From Lama guanicoe (lineage: Eukaryota): a stretch of DNA of 39,730 nucleotides. The notes under the pieces were generated by a model. It was given only the letters and a program-made list of their open reading frames with translations. It made no database searches and had not been told where the DNA came from. The DNA lies in assembly GCA_013239625.1 (NCBI GenBank), contig MU054358.1, positions 1 through 39,730 on the forward strand, read 5' to 3'. Within the stretch, counting starts at the first letter, position 1; every line of letters starts with the position of its first letter. This document shows positions 1-12,149 of the stretch, in pieces. A program made the translations under genes and the position numbers.

Positions 1-216
1 CCCCCACAGCCGGAGCGGCCCCTCCCCTCGGCCCCGCGCCGCCTCTGGGCCCGGCCGAGCGCGCCCCCGCGGCTGGCGGTTGGGAGGCGCGAGCACGCGT
101 CCGACCCTCCCATCCCCCACTCTGGGGCTCCGAGCTCCTCCACTCAGGCAGCGGCCACCAGAGCCAGAAGTGGGCAGCAGCGCGGAAGGCGGCGCGGGGC
201 CGGGCGAGGGGAGCCG
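1..216. promoter_or_regulatory. CpG island / promoter-like region, truncated by the window start; gene not identified
   Basis: Very GC- and CpG-rich with GC-box-like motifs; abrupt switch to AT-rich DNA at ~217. Confidence 0.8.
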
Positions 217-499
217 ATGTTTGATCAGTTTCTTGAAAAGCATACTGACTTACACATATTGCACCTTAAATACACATAGACACACTTACACTAGTTTTCT
301 TTCTTTTATTTTCTTTTTATGGAGACATTGCAGCTTATTCTAAAAAAAAGTATTAAAAATGAAAATAACGATTCCAACTGAAATACCCTGCCCCAAATTC
401 TCGAGGTACGTTCTCAAGGATGCATTTCTGAATTATATACTTAAACTGAAAAATTCTATAGTGAACATTTACACATCATTACATTTCTTTAAAATAAGA

Positions 500-2700
500 T
501 TTTTTTCAGAATCATCGATGTACCATAATCTACCATTCCAATACAATTTTTCATTTAACTTATTTCCAGTTTTTGATATTATAAATAGAATGTAAAGACC
601 ATCTCTGTGGAAAAGCATTGTTGCGTCTCTTTTTCATTTCTAATGACACCTTTCTAGAAGAATCCCTGGCCAAAAGACCAGAGGTTTTTAGTCTCCTGAA
701 ACATACCACGAAATACCACCCCAGAAAGATAGTGACTGAACACTCCCCCCAGTTATCTGACAGCAGCCACCACCTGACCCTCTCTCACCCTGCGTGGACA
801 ATTAAATAGGGTTAAAGTGTTGCTGAGATTTGTGAGATTATCAGGAATTTGAACTTTCCTCCATCTTTATTGACCATTGGTAATTCCTCCATAAATGACT
901 TATGTTTTTTTATACATTTTTCTTTAGAAGTGTTAGTATTTTTCTTACAAATTTATTAAAACTCTAGAAAAAAAACTGTTACCTCTTTGCCTATCATCAG
1001 TGGCAAACATTTCCCCAACTTTTTCATTTTACTGTTTCCCATGATATTTTCATTTTAATTTAAGGAATGAGAGCTTTGATATACAGTGTTTAAAACTATG
1101 TCACCAATTCTATTGATCTTTTCTCAAATGTTCCTACTCCTAATCTGAAAAAAAAAAAACCCTTCTCCTGAGTGTCAATTTTCTTTATTTCTAATATTTG
1201 TGTTGTTTTATTTGCTACATACATTGTTTTATACAGACATCACTGGAATTGATTAGTGTGTGTGACATATGGGGTAAGCTTAGGACCTAGCCTAATATTT
1301 TCTGTATTCCATTTATTGTGTAATCCATTCCTTCCTTTGTTTTGTAACATTGTCTTTACAGTATCTCAGGCCATTGTATATTATAAGGTGCTTTCTTTTT
1401 TGAAGGCTAGTCTCTTATATTGATCCATTCTTGTGCAAATACCACTTTTTACAGTCCCTTTGCAATGTATCTTCTAACTGGTAAAATGAGTTCACCCTCA
1501 CCTGTCCTTATTAGCTTTCCTTTCCAAATTTTCTTTTGCTATTCTTATATATTTATTCTTCGAGCAAAACTCTCTAAGAAAAATCCCACTGAGAGCGTAT
1601 TGGATTGCATTAGATCTGGAAATTAATGGCGGTGAAATTTATGTATTTATAATAGTCCACACAGATACACTCACTATATGCTTCCTATTTATTTAAGCCT
1701 TATTATATGTTTCTCAGTATAGTCTTGTGTTTTCCACAGAAGTCTGAAACTTTTTTAATTAAGGTTATATTTCTAGGTTCTTTATATTTCTGTTACTATT
1801 GTGAAAGAGATTTTTTCCCTCATATTTCCTGATTGTGGTGGGTGTGTCTGAAATCCACTGATACTTATATTCATTCATCTTGCTGAACTCACTTCTAATA
1901 TTTTTTAGCTGGTTCTCTAGAGTTTTTCTAGGTATGTGATATCATCTACAGACAATGATAACTTTGTTTTCTTGTTTCTAGTCATCACACTTCCTATCTT
2001 TGTTTTCTGCTGTTAACAAAACATAAAATTATAACTATAAGGAAGATGGTAGACAACTTTGTTTTGTTCCTGATGTTAATGGAAATGTCTCCACTGGTAT
2101 TTTCACAATAATTATGATATGAGCTGTCTGTGTATAATATTCCTTAATGTGGTAAGGAATTATTCTTGTATTCATAGGGAACAAAAAGATTTTTCTCAGT
2201 AGAAATGATTGTAATACTTTTTATGCTTTTCCAAATGTAATGATCATATGGTTTTTCTTATTTAATCTCAATATGATATAACAGTACATTTTCTAATATT
2301 AGACCAAACCGATACTTTCTTTTGGTAGATTATTTTTTTCAAATATTATTTAGTTCCATTGGCTATTAGATTATTTAGAATTGTAAAAGATTTTTTTCTT
2401 TTTATCATATCTTTGTTAGGTTTTATTATCAATAATAATAATGGCAGTTGTGATAAACTTGTACCATGTTCCAAACATTGTATTTTCTTGTATAATTCTT
2501 TCAACAGTTACAGATATAGCATTATCTATATTTTGCAGATAAGGAACTAAGGCTAAGATCATACAGCTTGATGGGGTAGCCTGTCTCTCCAAGCTGTGCT
2601 ACATGGTTTTGATAGTTAAAAATGAGTTGGGTGGCTTTCCATGTTCTGGAATAGATTGTATAGAATAAAAACAATTTGTTCCTTGAAAGAATGACAAGAC
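500..2700 (-). mobile_element. Old, heavily decayed L1M/L1ME fragments
   Basis: T-rich antisense L1 motifs such as 'tggattgcattagatctggaaattaat', 'tcatctacagacaatgataacttt' and 'ttgttcctgatgttaatggaaatg'. Confidence 0.65.
2432..2600 (-). mobile_element. MIR SINE fragment
   Basis: Antisense MIR core 'attttgcagataaggaactaaggct'. Confidence 0.65.
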
Positions 2701-3188
2701 TGATCCATATATACACAAGAGGCAAAATGATGCTGTGAAAGCAGATAAATACTTGTTTGAATTCCAGCTCTGTCCACTACTTAGTAGCACTTAGTAAATA
2801 GAAACTACAGTCATTATAAAAAAACTTTTGTTGTTATGCCCACCTGCAGGTCTTTGGCTAAGCTGCCTAGAGCACAGCTGTCATCAGGCCTGCACTGGAC
2901 TGAGCCCTTAAATGGGCCAGTCACTTAGCACAGATGAAAGACATTGACAATCACACATGGTCTCCTCATCCAGGCCCCTCTTTCACATGTAGGGGTCTAA
3001 GAGGATTTGCCTAGGAGAATCAGGTGATACTGGTAACTCAGGGCCAATCTATTAACTCTCCAGGAAAACTCAATAAATTTTCCTACTTCTCAGACCTTAT
3101 TCACTGGTTTACCATGAATTTATGGGCTCTATTCTTTGTCAGGCAACACTAATATTTCTGAATCCAACAGTTATCTTTTCTGTTACAG

Positions 3189-3237
3189 GATCCAAGCTTC
3201 TCAGCCAGGTGATTTATCAAGTTCAAGATCTGAAGCA
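3189..3237 (+). other. Candidate 49-bp exon of unknown function
   Basis: Acceptor 'tcttttctgttacag|' and consensus donor '|gtaagt' in apparently unique sequence. Confidence 0.35.
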
Positions 3238-3429
3238 GTAAGTAGTGGCATAGGGATTTGGCAAAAATCTTGAAATGTCTCTCTGAACCTTTCAAGCTGA
3301 GTACAAGCATCTAGTATTCAGCATCCTCCTTCATCCTGACCGGAAGTAATACATTAGAAACAGGAGATGCTAGATGCTGTTTACATGTTTCTCCTAGTGG
3401 AAATGACTTGGTTCTCTAAAGTTAGAAAT

Positions 3430-3566
3430 ATCTGACTGAGAATCCTGCTTTGGCAACTTCCTAGCTAAGTGACCCCAGGCAAGTTACCTCACCTTCCTGA
3501 ACCACATTTCCTTATAGATAAATTGGGAAAGATAATGTCTTCTGTGGAAGATTTTTGTGAAGGTAA
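3430..3566 (+). mobile_element. MIR SINE fragment
   Basis: 'gaatcctgctttggcaacttcctagctaagtgaccccaggcaagttacctcacc...catttccttatagataaattggg'. Confidence 0.7.
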
Positions 3567-3685
3567 GTGCTGTGTGACAATGAATATATATATGTTCATG
3601 TATAACTGAAAAATTGTGCTCTACAGTGGAATTTGACACAACATTGTAAAATGATTATAAATCAATAAAAAATGTTTTAAAAAAA
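3567..3685 (+). mobile_element. Very short 5'-truncated young L1 3' end
   Basis: Near-identical to the reverse complement of the L1 3' end at ~17986-18110; ends 'aataaaaaatgttttaaaaaaa'. Confidence 0.8.
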
Positions 3686-4891
3686 GAGCTAAAGTTCATA
3701 AAATATCTGACATGCACTACATTTAAGTGTAGGTTTCTATTCTTTCTTAATTTTATTAGTCTTTCTACAAGACTAATCCCATTTAAAGTAGGATCTGTGT
3801 TCTCTCAGTGCCCTATGTTCTCCATCACCCCCAGCCCAGTTCAGAGCATACAGTGACAACTTCAGAAATATATTTTTAAATTAAAAAAAAAAGGTTATTT
3901 TCTGAAAAGACAATATTCACTTACATGAACAATGACTAAATCAACTCCCTTGTTTTTTCCATTCTTATTGCTGTTATGCTTTCTTTTACCTATAATCCCA
4001 TATATGACAAACTATTGCATGAACAAAATGTTAGTAATGAATGAGATTTATATTCTATAAGAGGGTAGTGTTCTTCAACAAGATTTAGGGGCTGATACTG
4101 TTTTTAATCCATGAAAAATCATTAATTATTCCTAATGTTAATGTATATTTTAATATAAAAACTCTGGATATCTTGAAGTCTGAAAAGATTTCCAGAACCA
4201 TGCCAGAGGGTAGCTTCTAAGTTTACTCTGGCCCAGTGCCACATACAGGGTGACAAAAAGTTCATGATTTCCCATTGTGTGAAGTCACATCCACAAGTTA
4301 CTTTTGTCCAAGTGGCCTTGTCATGTGATGTTGCTAAATATTTTTCACTTGGCCTTCTAATCATGTCCAAAATGTCATATTCTTAGAAGCAATTTGATGT
4401 ATGAGTTAATGGAAATTTGAGGTGACTCTTAAAGGGGACATAGGTTGGTAAGAATTGGACTGTGACTAGTGAACCAAACACCGATATCTCCAAGTTAAGT
4501 TAGAACATGTACAAGGTGAAGGAAATTCAAATTAAGAGCCAAAGTTCATATCAGGACAAAGAGGTAAAAATAGAAGGCTGGTCAGGTTAAGGGAGGACAA
4601 AGAGTGAACGAGGTCCTTTTGTTTGAGAAGTTTGGATCGGGATGGAGTTCATAGCATTTTTGGACTTGTTAATTTTACTAAAAGGAAACAAATGCAAACT
4701 GATAATTTATTAGAAAACAGAAGACAAAAGAATTGGGATTTAATTTCTTACATGACATGAATAAAAACATGCAACATTTTTCTTGTTTAGAAAAATAATC
4801 AAAGGGTTATTTACCAGGGATATTATTTTTAAATTCCTGCTTTAAGCTATTCATTTTTACCTTCTGAAGTGGTCTTTGTCTTTTATACCAG

Positions 4892-5014
4892 ACCTGACTC
4901 ACCTATCGCTGTTTAATCACATGAACCCACAACAGCCTGTGTCTGCTTGTTTCATTCTGCAGATTCTCAATCAGCCTCATGAATGCTTGTTTTGACACTG
5001 TCCTGTTAGCATTT
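4892..5014 (+). pseudogene. Candidate decayed exon, possibly RGS-like
   Basis: Acceptor 'ctttgtcttttataccag|'; reads PDSPIAV then stop, later LMNACFDTVLLAF in another frame; weak donor gtgtgt. Confidence 0.2.
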
Positions 5015-5445
5015 GTGTGTGCACTCCCCAAACTCCTTTCCTTCAATAACAAACCTTCATTAGACTTCAATTTTTTAGCCATTTAAACTGACTACACATT
5101 TTAAAATATTATCTAATTCATCTATTTGCCAAAATTGTATGGTGACTTTTTTCAAAAAGAGATACAATTGTTGTGACATAGCTTCACCTTTTATACATGT
5201 TAAAACAATATTCTTCTAATGACAATATCAGCATGCATTAATAAATAACTGGACAGGAGTGTTATTTCCTTTAAGGATTTCTTGAGAAGGAGCTGTGTTT
5301 CAAGTTTGTATTATGCTCTCTAATATAAATAAGATAAAAGAAATCATAAGTGGGTGAGATGGCCCCCTAGTGGTGTTAATTATGGAAATGAATCCTGGGT
5401 CCCCTGACGAAACCTGCTCTTTTTCTTTTGCTTTCCTGGCTAAAG

Positions 5446-5945
5446 GTTCAACAGGTCTGAGGCCACTTTAATAGTCGAGCAGGAAACACAGGACAGGTCT
5501 CCCTCAAATCTCAGGAAGGGCTTCCAACACCCTGAATTATCTATTTCTTTGCCACTACCCAGGAGTCTTAGGCAACCCTGATGCTCTTTCATGGTGCCCT
5601 TGTGAATACTGATCTTATTGATGTAAAAATAATGGCACTAGAATTTCTAAAGAAATGGTGATCTGGATAGGAAAGTGATACTTTTTGAAGCTGCACAAGA
5701 TTCAAAGAAGATTGAGAAAACATTAGTTGACCGTCTTAAAAAGATGATGTTTAAGAGGTTTAAGGAGATTATTGGGGGACCAGAGATCCCAGTATCTCTC
5801 ACATTTGCATACACTACATTGGCTTTTATCCCTGTTTACATATTTCTCCTTGATAATAAATCTCCCACCTCCCTGGCAATCAGCAAAACTGAAAAAGCCT
5901 ACTACACCACAGTTTGAAGAACAGGACATACTGTGTTCATACAGG
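5446..5945 (+). pseudogene. Candidate decayed coding exon; frameshifted peptide resembles an RGS C-terminal half
   Basis: Polypyrimidine tract at ~5416-5440, donor 'cagg|gtaaaa'; LFHGALVNTDLIDVKIMALEFLK joined across a frameshift to NGDLDRKVILFEAAQDSKKIEKTLVDRLKKMMFKRFKEII. Confidence 0.3.
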
Positions 5946-6629
5946 GTAAAATTCCAAAAATCATATGTTTTTGTGAGTTCTGCTTTCCCTAACTTTAAAA
6001 AAAAAACAAAACATTTTTTTCCTCTCCTTAGATTCATTGTTTGAAGCTAAGACCAATGTGATGCTTTCAATATTTTATATGTGAATCCAATAATATGAAT
6101 TTTTCACTGCCCATCACAGTTTACAATGTGCTTCCATTTATATAATGTTGTTTTTCAAGCAGAGATCATCAGAGATGTGATGGGTGTATACAAGATCAAA
6201 GAGTAAGAGTGCCAATTTATTGTTCCTGCTGGTAACACACTTAAAGTGTTATTTTATATTAAAAGAAACACACATCTATTATTAAATATAATGCATAATT
6301 CACAGGAATTTCTCAGATAAAATATGAGACTTCTAAGAAATGTCATATCTAAAATTTGCAGCTATGAGCTTTGCCTGCAGTCTGCTAAGAGCCTTAAGGG
6401 TGCTTGGTGGAAATGTGAGTAGGATAGTTAAGCATTTAAAAATTTTATTTCCCCCCAAGAGTGTACAGTAGGTAACATATTTATCGTTTTATTAAACTAA
6501 ACTTAGTTTAGAAAACTAAGGCTTGAGGAGTTCATAAATTCTTCAAGTCACTTTGCCATTTTCTTCTTTACAGGCCCTTTCTGGTTGCTTCTCCATGAGT
6601 AAGACCTTAGTCTACAATAGTTTCCTTGG

Positions 6630-7144
6630 TGTGGAAGGCTGAATAGTAGTCTTCCCAAAACTTCTACATTCAATCCAGAACCTGTGAATATATTACCTTA
6701 CATGGCAAAAGGGAGTTTGCAGATGGGATGAAGTGTAGCATTTTGAGATGGGAAAATGATATTGGGTGATGTAGGTGAACCCATTGTAGTCACAGGGTCC
6801 TTATAAGAGGGAGGTAGGAGGGTCACTTTCTGGGAGAAGAGATGTAAAAATGGAGAGGGTAAGAGAGGAGAGAAGATGCTACACTGCTAGCTTTGAGTAT
6901 GGAGGAAACGGGCCACAAGTCAAGGAGTGCTGGCAAGCTCTAGCAGCTGAATAAGACAAGGAAGTCAAGGCAGGAAAACAGGTTCTCTCTGGAGCCTCCA
7001 AAAGGAGCACAGCCTTACCAACATCTTGATTTTAGCCCAGTGTGACCTGCTTTGTATTTCTGACCCCCAGAGAATGAATTTCTGTTGGTTTAAGCCATTA
7101 AGTTTTTGGCAGTTTGTTATAGCAGCAAAAGGAAATTAACATAC
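6630..7144 (+). mobile_element. MaLR solo LTR, MLT1D/MLT1C-like
   Basis: Starts 'tgtggaaggctgaata', has 'aacctgtgaatatattaccttacatggcaaaaggg', ends 'gtttgttatagcagcaaaaggaaattaacatac'. Confidence 0.85.
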
Positions 7145-7311
7145 CTGATAAGGCTCTGACAGTTCCCCAATTTTTCTTCATCCTTATTTATATTATTAAT
7201 GATATTACTTTGTAGTTTTATTTTAATACTTTTAATTTATAATAGCACTATATACACAGAGCTGTTAGTTCTATTAAGAATTTTATAAATTTTTAGTTCC
7301 ATTAAAAGAAT

Positions 7312-7983
7312 GGACAAGTTTGAGTGAGAAGTGGAGATGGAACCCTTGTACATTGCTGGTTGAAATACAAAATGGTATTCCACAGCCACTGTGGAAAACA
7401 GTTTGGTGGGTTTGCATTAAGTTAAATATGGAATGACCAGTGACCTGGGAATTGTAATCCTAAGTATATATCCAAAAGAATTAAAAACAGGTATTCATCA
7501 CAAAAACCTGTACACAAATGTTCATAGAAGCTCTATAGACAATAGCTAAAATGTGGAAACAACTCAAATGACCATCAAATTATGAATGAATAAAAAAAGC
7601 ATAGTATATCAATACAGTGGAATATTATTTAGTCACAAGAAGAAATGAAGTACCAATTCATGCTATAGAGTGGATGAAACTTGAAAATATATATAAGTGA
7701 AAGAAGCCACTTTCAAAAGGCCATATATTGTTCAAATCCACTTATATGAAATACTCAGAATTGGCAAATTCACAGAGACAAGAAAACAGATTAACAGTTA
7801 CCAGGGGCTAGGTGGCGTGGGGACTGGGCAGTGATTGTCTATTGGGTGCAAGGTTTCCTTTTGGACTAATGAAAATATTCTGAGAATGAAATAGTGCTGA
7901 CTGAACAACCTTGTGATATGCTATATGTTGTTAATGGTAAATTTTATATTATACATATTTTAAAACAGTACTTTAAAAAAAAG
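7312..7983 (+). mobile_element. L1MB-like 3' end
   Basis: ORF2 end/3'UTR motifs 'cagccactgtggaaaacagtttgg' and 'gttaccaggggctaggtgg'; A-rich tail. Confidence 0.85.
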
Positions 7984-8019
7984 ACAAATGAAACTAAAAA
8001 AAAAAATTGAATCAAAGTG

Positions 8020-9132
8020 CAATAAACTTTCTGACCCTTACCCCACTGATCTCTAACTCCCAGTTCTGCAGTCCAGGACCTTCTACTGAAAACTATTTGA
8101 TTTGGGGGTAATGATTATTCAGATATTTGCTGACTATTTCCAAATAGCATGCTTACTGTGTACTGTCATCTGTTGATTTAAACATTTTGACATATGTTGA
8201 CTTCCAATTACAGTAGATGAGCATTTAGTTCTATTTTTGGCAATCATATCTTAAATATTCAAGAGCTCTTTCTTGTCCTCTGACTTTGTGTTTTTGCAGT
8301 ATACTTACTGTTCTTCCTCAGCAATGCAGTAGCTCTTTTCTCTCTCTGAGAATGTATAATTATTTTAAATGTTCTGCTCTCTGCCTTGTCTTTGTTTCAT
8401 CCAACTTATTTCTTCCTGTTTGTTTTCTTCTCTGTCCTTCATGTTGAAGACTTTCTTCAGATGTCTATGACCCTTGACTGCTCACATTAAGGAGGGATGC
8501 ATTAAAAAGTTGGTTGGCAGTTCAAATCACTGCAAAGTAATGAGGTCACATGGAACTTTTATTAGGGAAACTCATGTCAGTATCTTAAAGTCTTTTCTCT
8601 GGGAATACTTGATTTCTGCTCAGAAAAATTCTTTAAATTCCAGCCTAGTTTGTATCCCCATGCATGGAGAGGGTGGGAGGATATACCTGCCTGCTGGTCC
8701 TCTGGGTCTTCCATCATTATTTCTTTGTTTTCCACCATGCACTTCTCTGGTTCAATTTTTCCAGGTAATAAACTACTGGTCTCCTGTGGTCACCTGGTGG
8801 CTTACAGGCCAGAGGAGGGGCTAGGAGTTGAATAAATTTTCCCCCAGTTAGTCTCCTATTTCCAGCCTGGGGATTCCTCCCCACCTTCCACAGCCTCAGT
8901 GCCTCTCAGCCTCCCCCTTCTCAGAGATCTTCCAGGAAAGTGAATGCATTTCTCAGTGCCATTCCCTCTGCTAGGGCTTGGGGCACCACTCCATTGTCTC
9001 CTTTATCCTCCACCTACCAACAATGTGCTGGCATTTTTTGCTCACATTTTAATTTTTTTTTCACTTTAGTGGGGTTCCTATAGTAAGATAATATAACTTT
9101 GTACATTTATTTTACCATTTTAAACTGGAAAT
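8020..9132 (-). mobile_element. Old HAL1/L1M 5'-type fragment
   Basis: 'caatgcagtagctcttttctctctctgagaatgtataattatt' and terminal 'ccattttaaactggaaa' resemble antisense HAL1/L1M 5' sequence. Confidence 0.4.
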
Positions 9133-9395
9133 TGGATTTGTTTGCTTTGGGTGGGATATAAAGCTTTCTCACTTACCCTGTCTCATGTATTTCTTACAAA
9201 AATTCTCTAATGATGGCTCCTATTATTGGAACTTCACAGCTAAGCAAATAGAATTTCATGAAGGTAATGAACTTACCTGTGGTCACACAGCTGTTAATGG
9301 GGAGCCCAGAATTTGAATGCAAGTCTTTCATTCTGTCTTTAAGGAACTTCAGTAATAATAAGAATGATTCAAGAAGAGCTAACACCTATCTAGCA

Positions 9396-9777
9396 AGAGA
9401 GATTATTGTGGATTATTTGGGTGGGCCCAATGTAATCACAGGATTTCCTAAAAGTGGAAGTGGGAGGTAGAAAAGAGGAGACTCAAAGGGAGGCATGACC
9501 ATAGAAGAAAGACACAGAGAGATGCATTATTGGCTTTGAAGATGGAGGAAGGTGTCCCATGAGCCAAGAAATGTGAATGCCCTCTAGAAGCTAGAAAACT
9601 CCAACCCCATCCCTGAGAGTCTCCAGAAAAGAACACAGCCTCATCAACAATTCAGTTTTAACCCAGTGAGACCTGTGTTGAACATACGACCTAAAGAACT
9701 ATAAGATAATACATTTGTGTTGTTCTTGCCCTTAAGCTTTTGATGAGTTGCTATAGCTGCAATAGTAAACTAACACA
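9396..9777 (+). mobile_element. MLT1C/D-like LTR, 5'-truncated
   Basis: 'gattattgtggattatttgggtgggcccaatgtaatcacagg'; ends 'gcaatagtaaactaacaca'. Confidence 0.85.
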
Positions 9778-9909
9778 CTATATGCCAGGAATTGTTTTAG
9801 TTGCTTACATGTGAATTAACTTATTTAGTCTTTATAAAGATACCATGAGGTGTCTACAATTATCTTATTTTTCTAATAAGCAAACTGAGTCATGAAAAAT
9901 GTTAAAAAC

Positions 9910-10252
9910 ATACCCAAAATATTTGAACAGATACTTTATGAAAGAAGATCAAAGTCAACAAGCACATGAAAAGACCCTCAGCATCACTGGTCATTGGAGA
10001 CAAGCAAAATAGAGATAAATCTAATCTGTAGTGATAGAAAGCAGATCAATGGTTGCTTGGCTTGGAGGTCTCCAGATTAACTGGAAAGGAGTACAAGCAA
10101 GCATTTTAGGGTGACAGAAATGCTCTTTATCTTGATCACACTGGTGATGCTATAAAGGTATATAAATTTGTCAAAATTCATAGAAATGAACATTTAGAAT
10201 GAGTACATGTCACTGCATATGAATTATATCTCAATAAAACAGATTTTTTAAA
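9910..10252 (+). mobile_element. L1MC/L1ME-like 3' fragment
   Basis: 'ctaatctgtagtgatagaaagcagatcaatggttgc'; ends 'aattatatctcaataaaacagattttttaaaaa'. Confidence 0.75.
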
Positions 10253-10394
10253 AAATTTACAAAGTCACACAGCTGAAACTGTAAGGCTTGGATTTGAAGC
10301 CAGGCAGTCTGACTCTCGAGTCTGTGCTCTCACCACTAGATAACACTCTCTATCAGTGCTATTTGGGGACTGCAACAACACGATTGTCCCTAAT

Positions 10395-10925
10395 TGTGGA
10401 GGTTGAAATTCTTTGATCCTCCTCCCACCAAAAGGTGGAGTGTAATCCTCCTACCCTGGAGTTTGGGCTGGCCTGTGAGCACCTTGCCCAGTAAAGCAGA
10501 AACAGTTCTATTTCAGTTCTGGTGGATCTGGTACAGCCTTTAAGAGGCTGCCAGCTTCTTCATTGATCTCTTAGAGCCCTGGGATGTCTCACCAGAAGCC
10601 AAATGACCCTGCTTGAGAGACCACATGGAGACGCCCTGAGACTTCATTGAGTGAGGGACGAATCCAGCTGAGCCCAGCATCCTGCCATTCTCCAAAAGAC
10701 ACCAAGCATGTGAATGAAAATGTCTTAGACCCTCCAGACCACACAACCTCTGCATGAGCACTACTGAGAGACCCACACAGCATCACATGATGTGGTAGAA
10801 CTGCCCAGCAGAGCCCTATCTGAATTCCTGACCCACAAAATCATTAGATAAATGGGTAAAAAGGTTGTTGTTTCTAAATACTGTGTTTTGGGGCCCTTCA
10901 TTATGCAAACCTAGTTAGCTGTAAA
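10395..10925 (+). mobile_element. MaLR LTR, MLT1G/H-like
   Basis: 'aaattctttgatcctcctcccaccaaaaggtggagt', 'ctgcccagcagagccctatctgaattcctgacccacaaaatca'. Confidence 0.8.
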
Positions 10926-10998
10926 ACTGATCAAAGGGAATTCCCATGTCTGTTGCTGCTGGAATTTTTCAATGCTTCATGGAAAACTTTCTCTTTAG

Positions 10999-11096
10999 TA
11001 TTCCAGATGTGATACTGCAATTGTCCCACTCATGGGCTGAATAAAGGAGGAAGAGCTGAAAGAATTATGGAGGCCCATCATCACTTGTTACATCAG
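10999..11096 (+). pseudogene. Candidate decayed exon
   Basis: Acceptor 'ctttctctttag|'; IPDVILQLSHSWAE then, after a frameshift, KEEELKELWRPIITCYI; donor weak. Confidence 0.2.
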
Positions 11097-11934
11097 GTCT
11101 ATAAATAAAGAGAAATGCAAAACTAGAACTATCAGGAATCCCCTGCTCGTCCACTGCCTCTGGGCTGCTGCTGAGGGTACCTCACTGTAGTTAAGGTATA
11201 GGTGATCCACAACCCTCTTGATCTAAAAATCAAACAACCTTTTGTGCAGTAACTGGATATTTATATAATTCTTCTAGGAAAGGTAACATTTTCTGAAGCA
11301 ATGCATCATCTCATGGATACAGAGAAGCCATTGGATGCAGCAGAATGATGGTGTTTCCTGAAATGTTGGACAAATCTGAATTCAGCATCAGTGTTAATGC
11401 AGAATGATATGTAGAAAGCACTGATGTTTCACTTTATGGGCCTGGAACTCTGCTCAGCTACAAAATACAGCTGTCCCTGAGCCCCAGTTGGTTACTACTC
11501 AACAGCAGTCAATATACAAAATAGAACTGTGCCCAGACTGGCAGAGAAATCCTTGACAATACTGCAGAGTCAAGAATTTTCAGGACTATTCTAATGCCTT
11601 TCAGGTAAAAATGCTTCCATTTGTTATAATTTCTGAGTGTATTCTTATAGAATCAAAGTTTTAAATTTGTGTAGTTTTGAGTGTGTGTGTGTGTTTTCAA
11701 CAATCAAGGTTCTTTATCTATAGTCTGAAAAAACAATACTGAACACTAATGCCTCAGTGATCTGCCAATATGACTAGTAATGCTAGGTCATGTCCCTCCT
11801 GGCATAAAAACCCCTAATAGCCACTTACTGAAAACTATTTACCATGGTGGAAAAATTCTGACATGATCCCCCCACTGCCAACCTCTTTCTCCTGATGTTG
11901 ACTTTCCCTTCACTGTCCTCCAGTCACAGGAGCC

Positions 11935-12140
11935 TTTATTAAGCACTTACTACATGCTCTATGCCAAGTGCTCTAGATGTGTTATCTTATTTAATATTCA
12001 TAACAGCCCTAAAAAACAGATATTATTGTCATTTTATAGATAAATAAATTCAGATCCAGAAATGATGAACCTTGATTGAGGTGACATAAACACTGAGTGT
12101 TGGAGCCAGATATTTAACTCTGTATGTACTGGTTCAAGCC
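11935..12140 (-). mobile_element. MIR SINE
   Basis: 'tttattaagcacttactacatg...cttatttaatattcataacagccct...cattttatagataa'. Confidence 0.75.
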
Positions 12141-12149
12141 CCAGATGTG

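Larger units (their letters stand above)
9250..10340 (-). mobile_element. MIR fragments; one MIR is split by MLT1 and L1 insertions
   Basis: Pieces at ~9250-9340, 9352-9394, 9779-9905 ('aagcaaactgagtca') and 10255-10340 ('gtcacacagct...ggatttgaagccaggcagtctgactc'). Confidence 0.65.

Noticed and set aside
80..343. 87-aa ORF at the window start
   Set aside because: TTG start, GC-driven composition, runs from the CpG island into AT-rich DNA
11280..11605. Exon-like stretch ending in cag|gtaaaa
   Set aside because: Stops in all frames and no recognisable motif; too weak to add to the fossil-gene model
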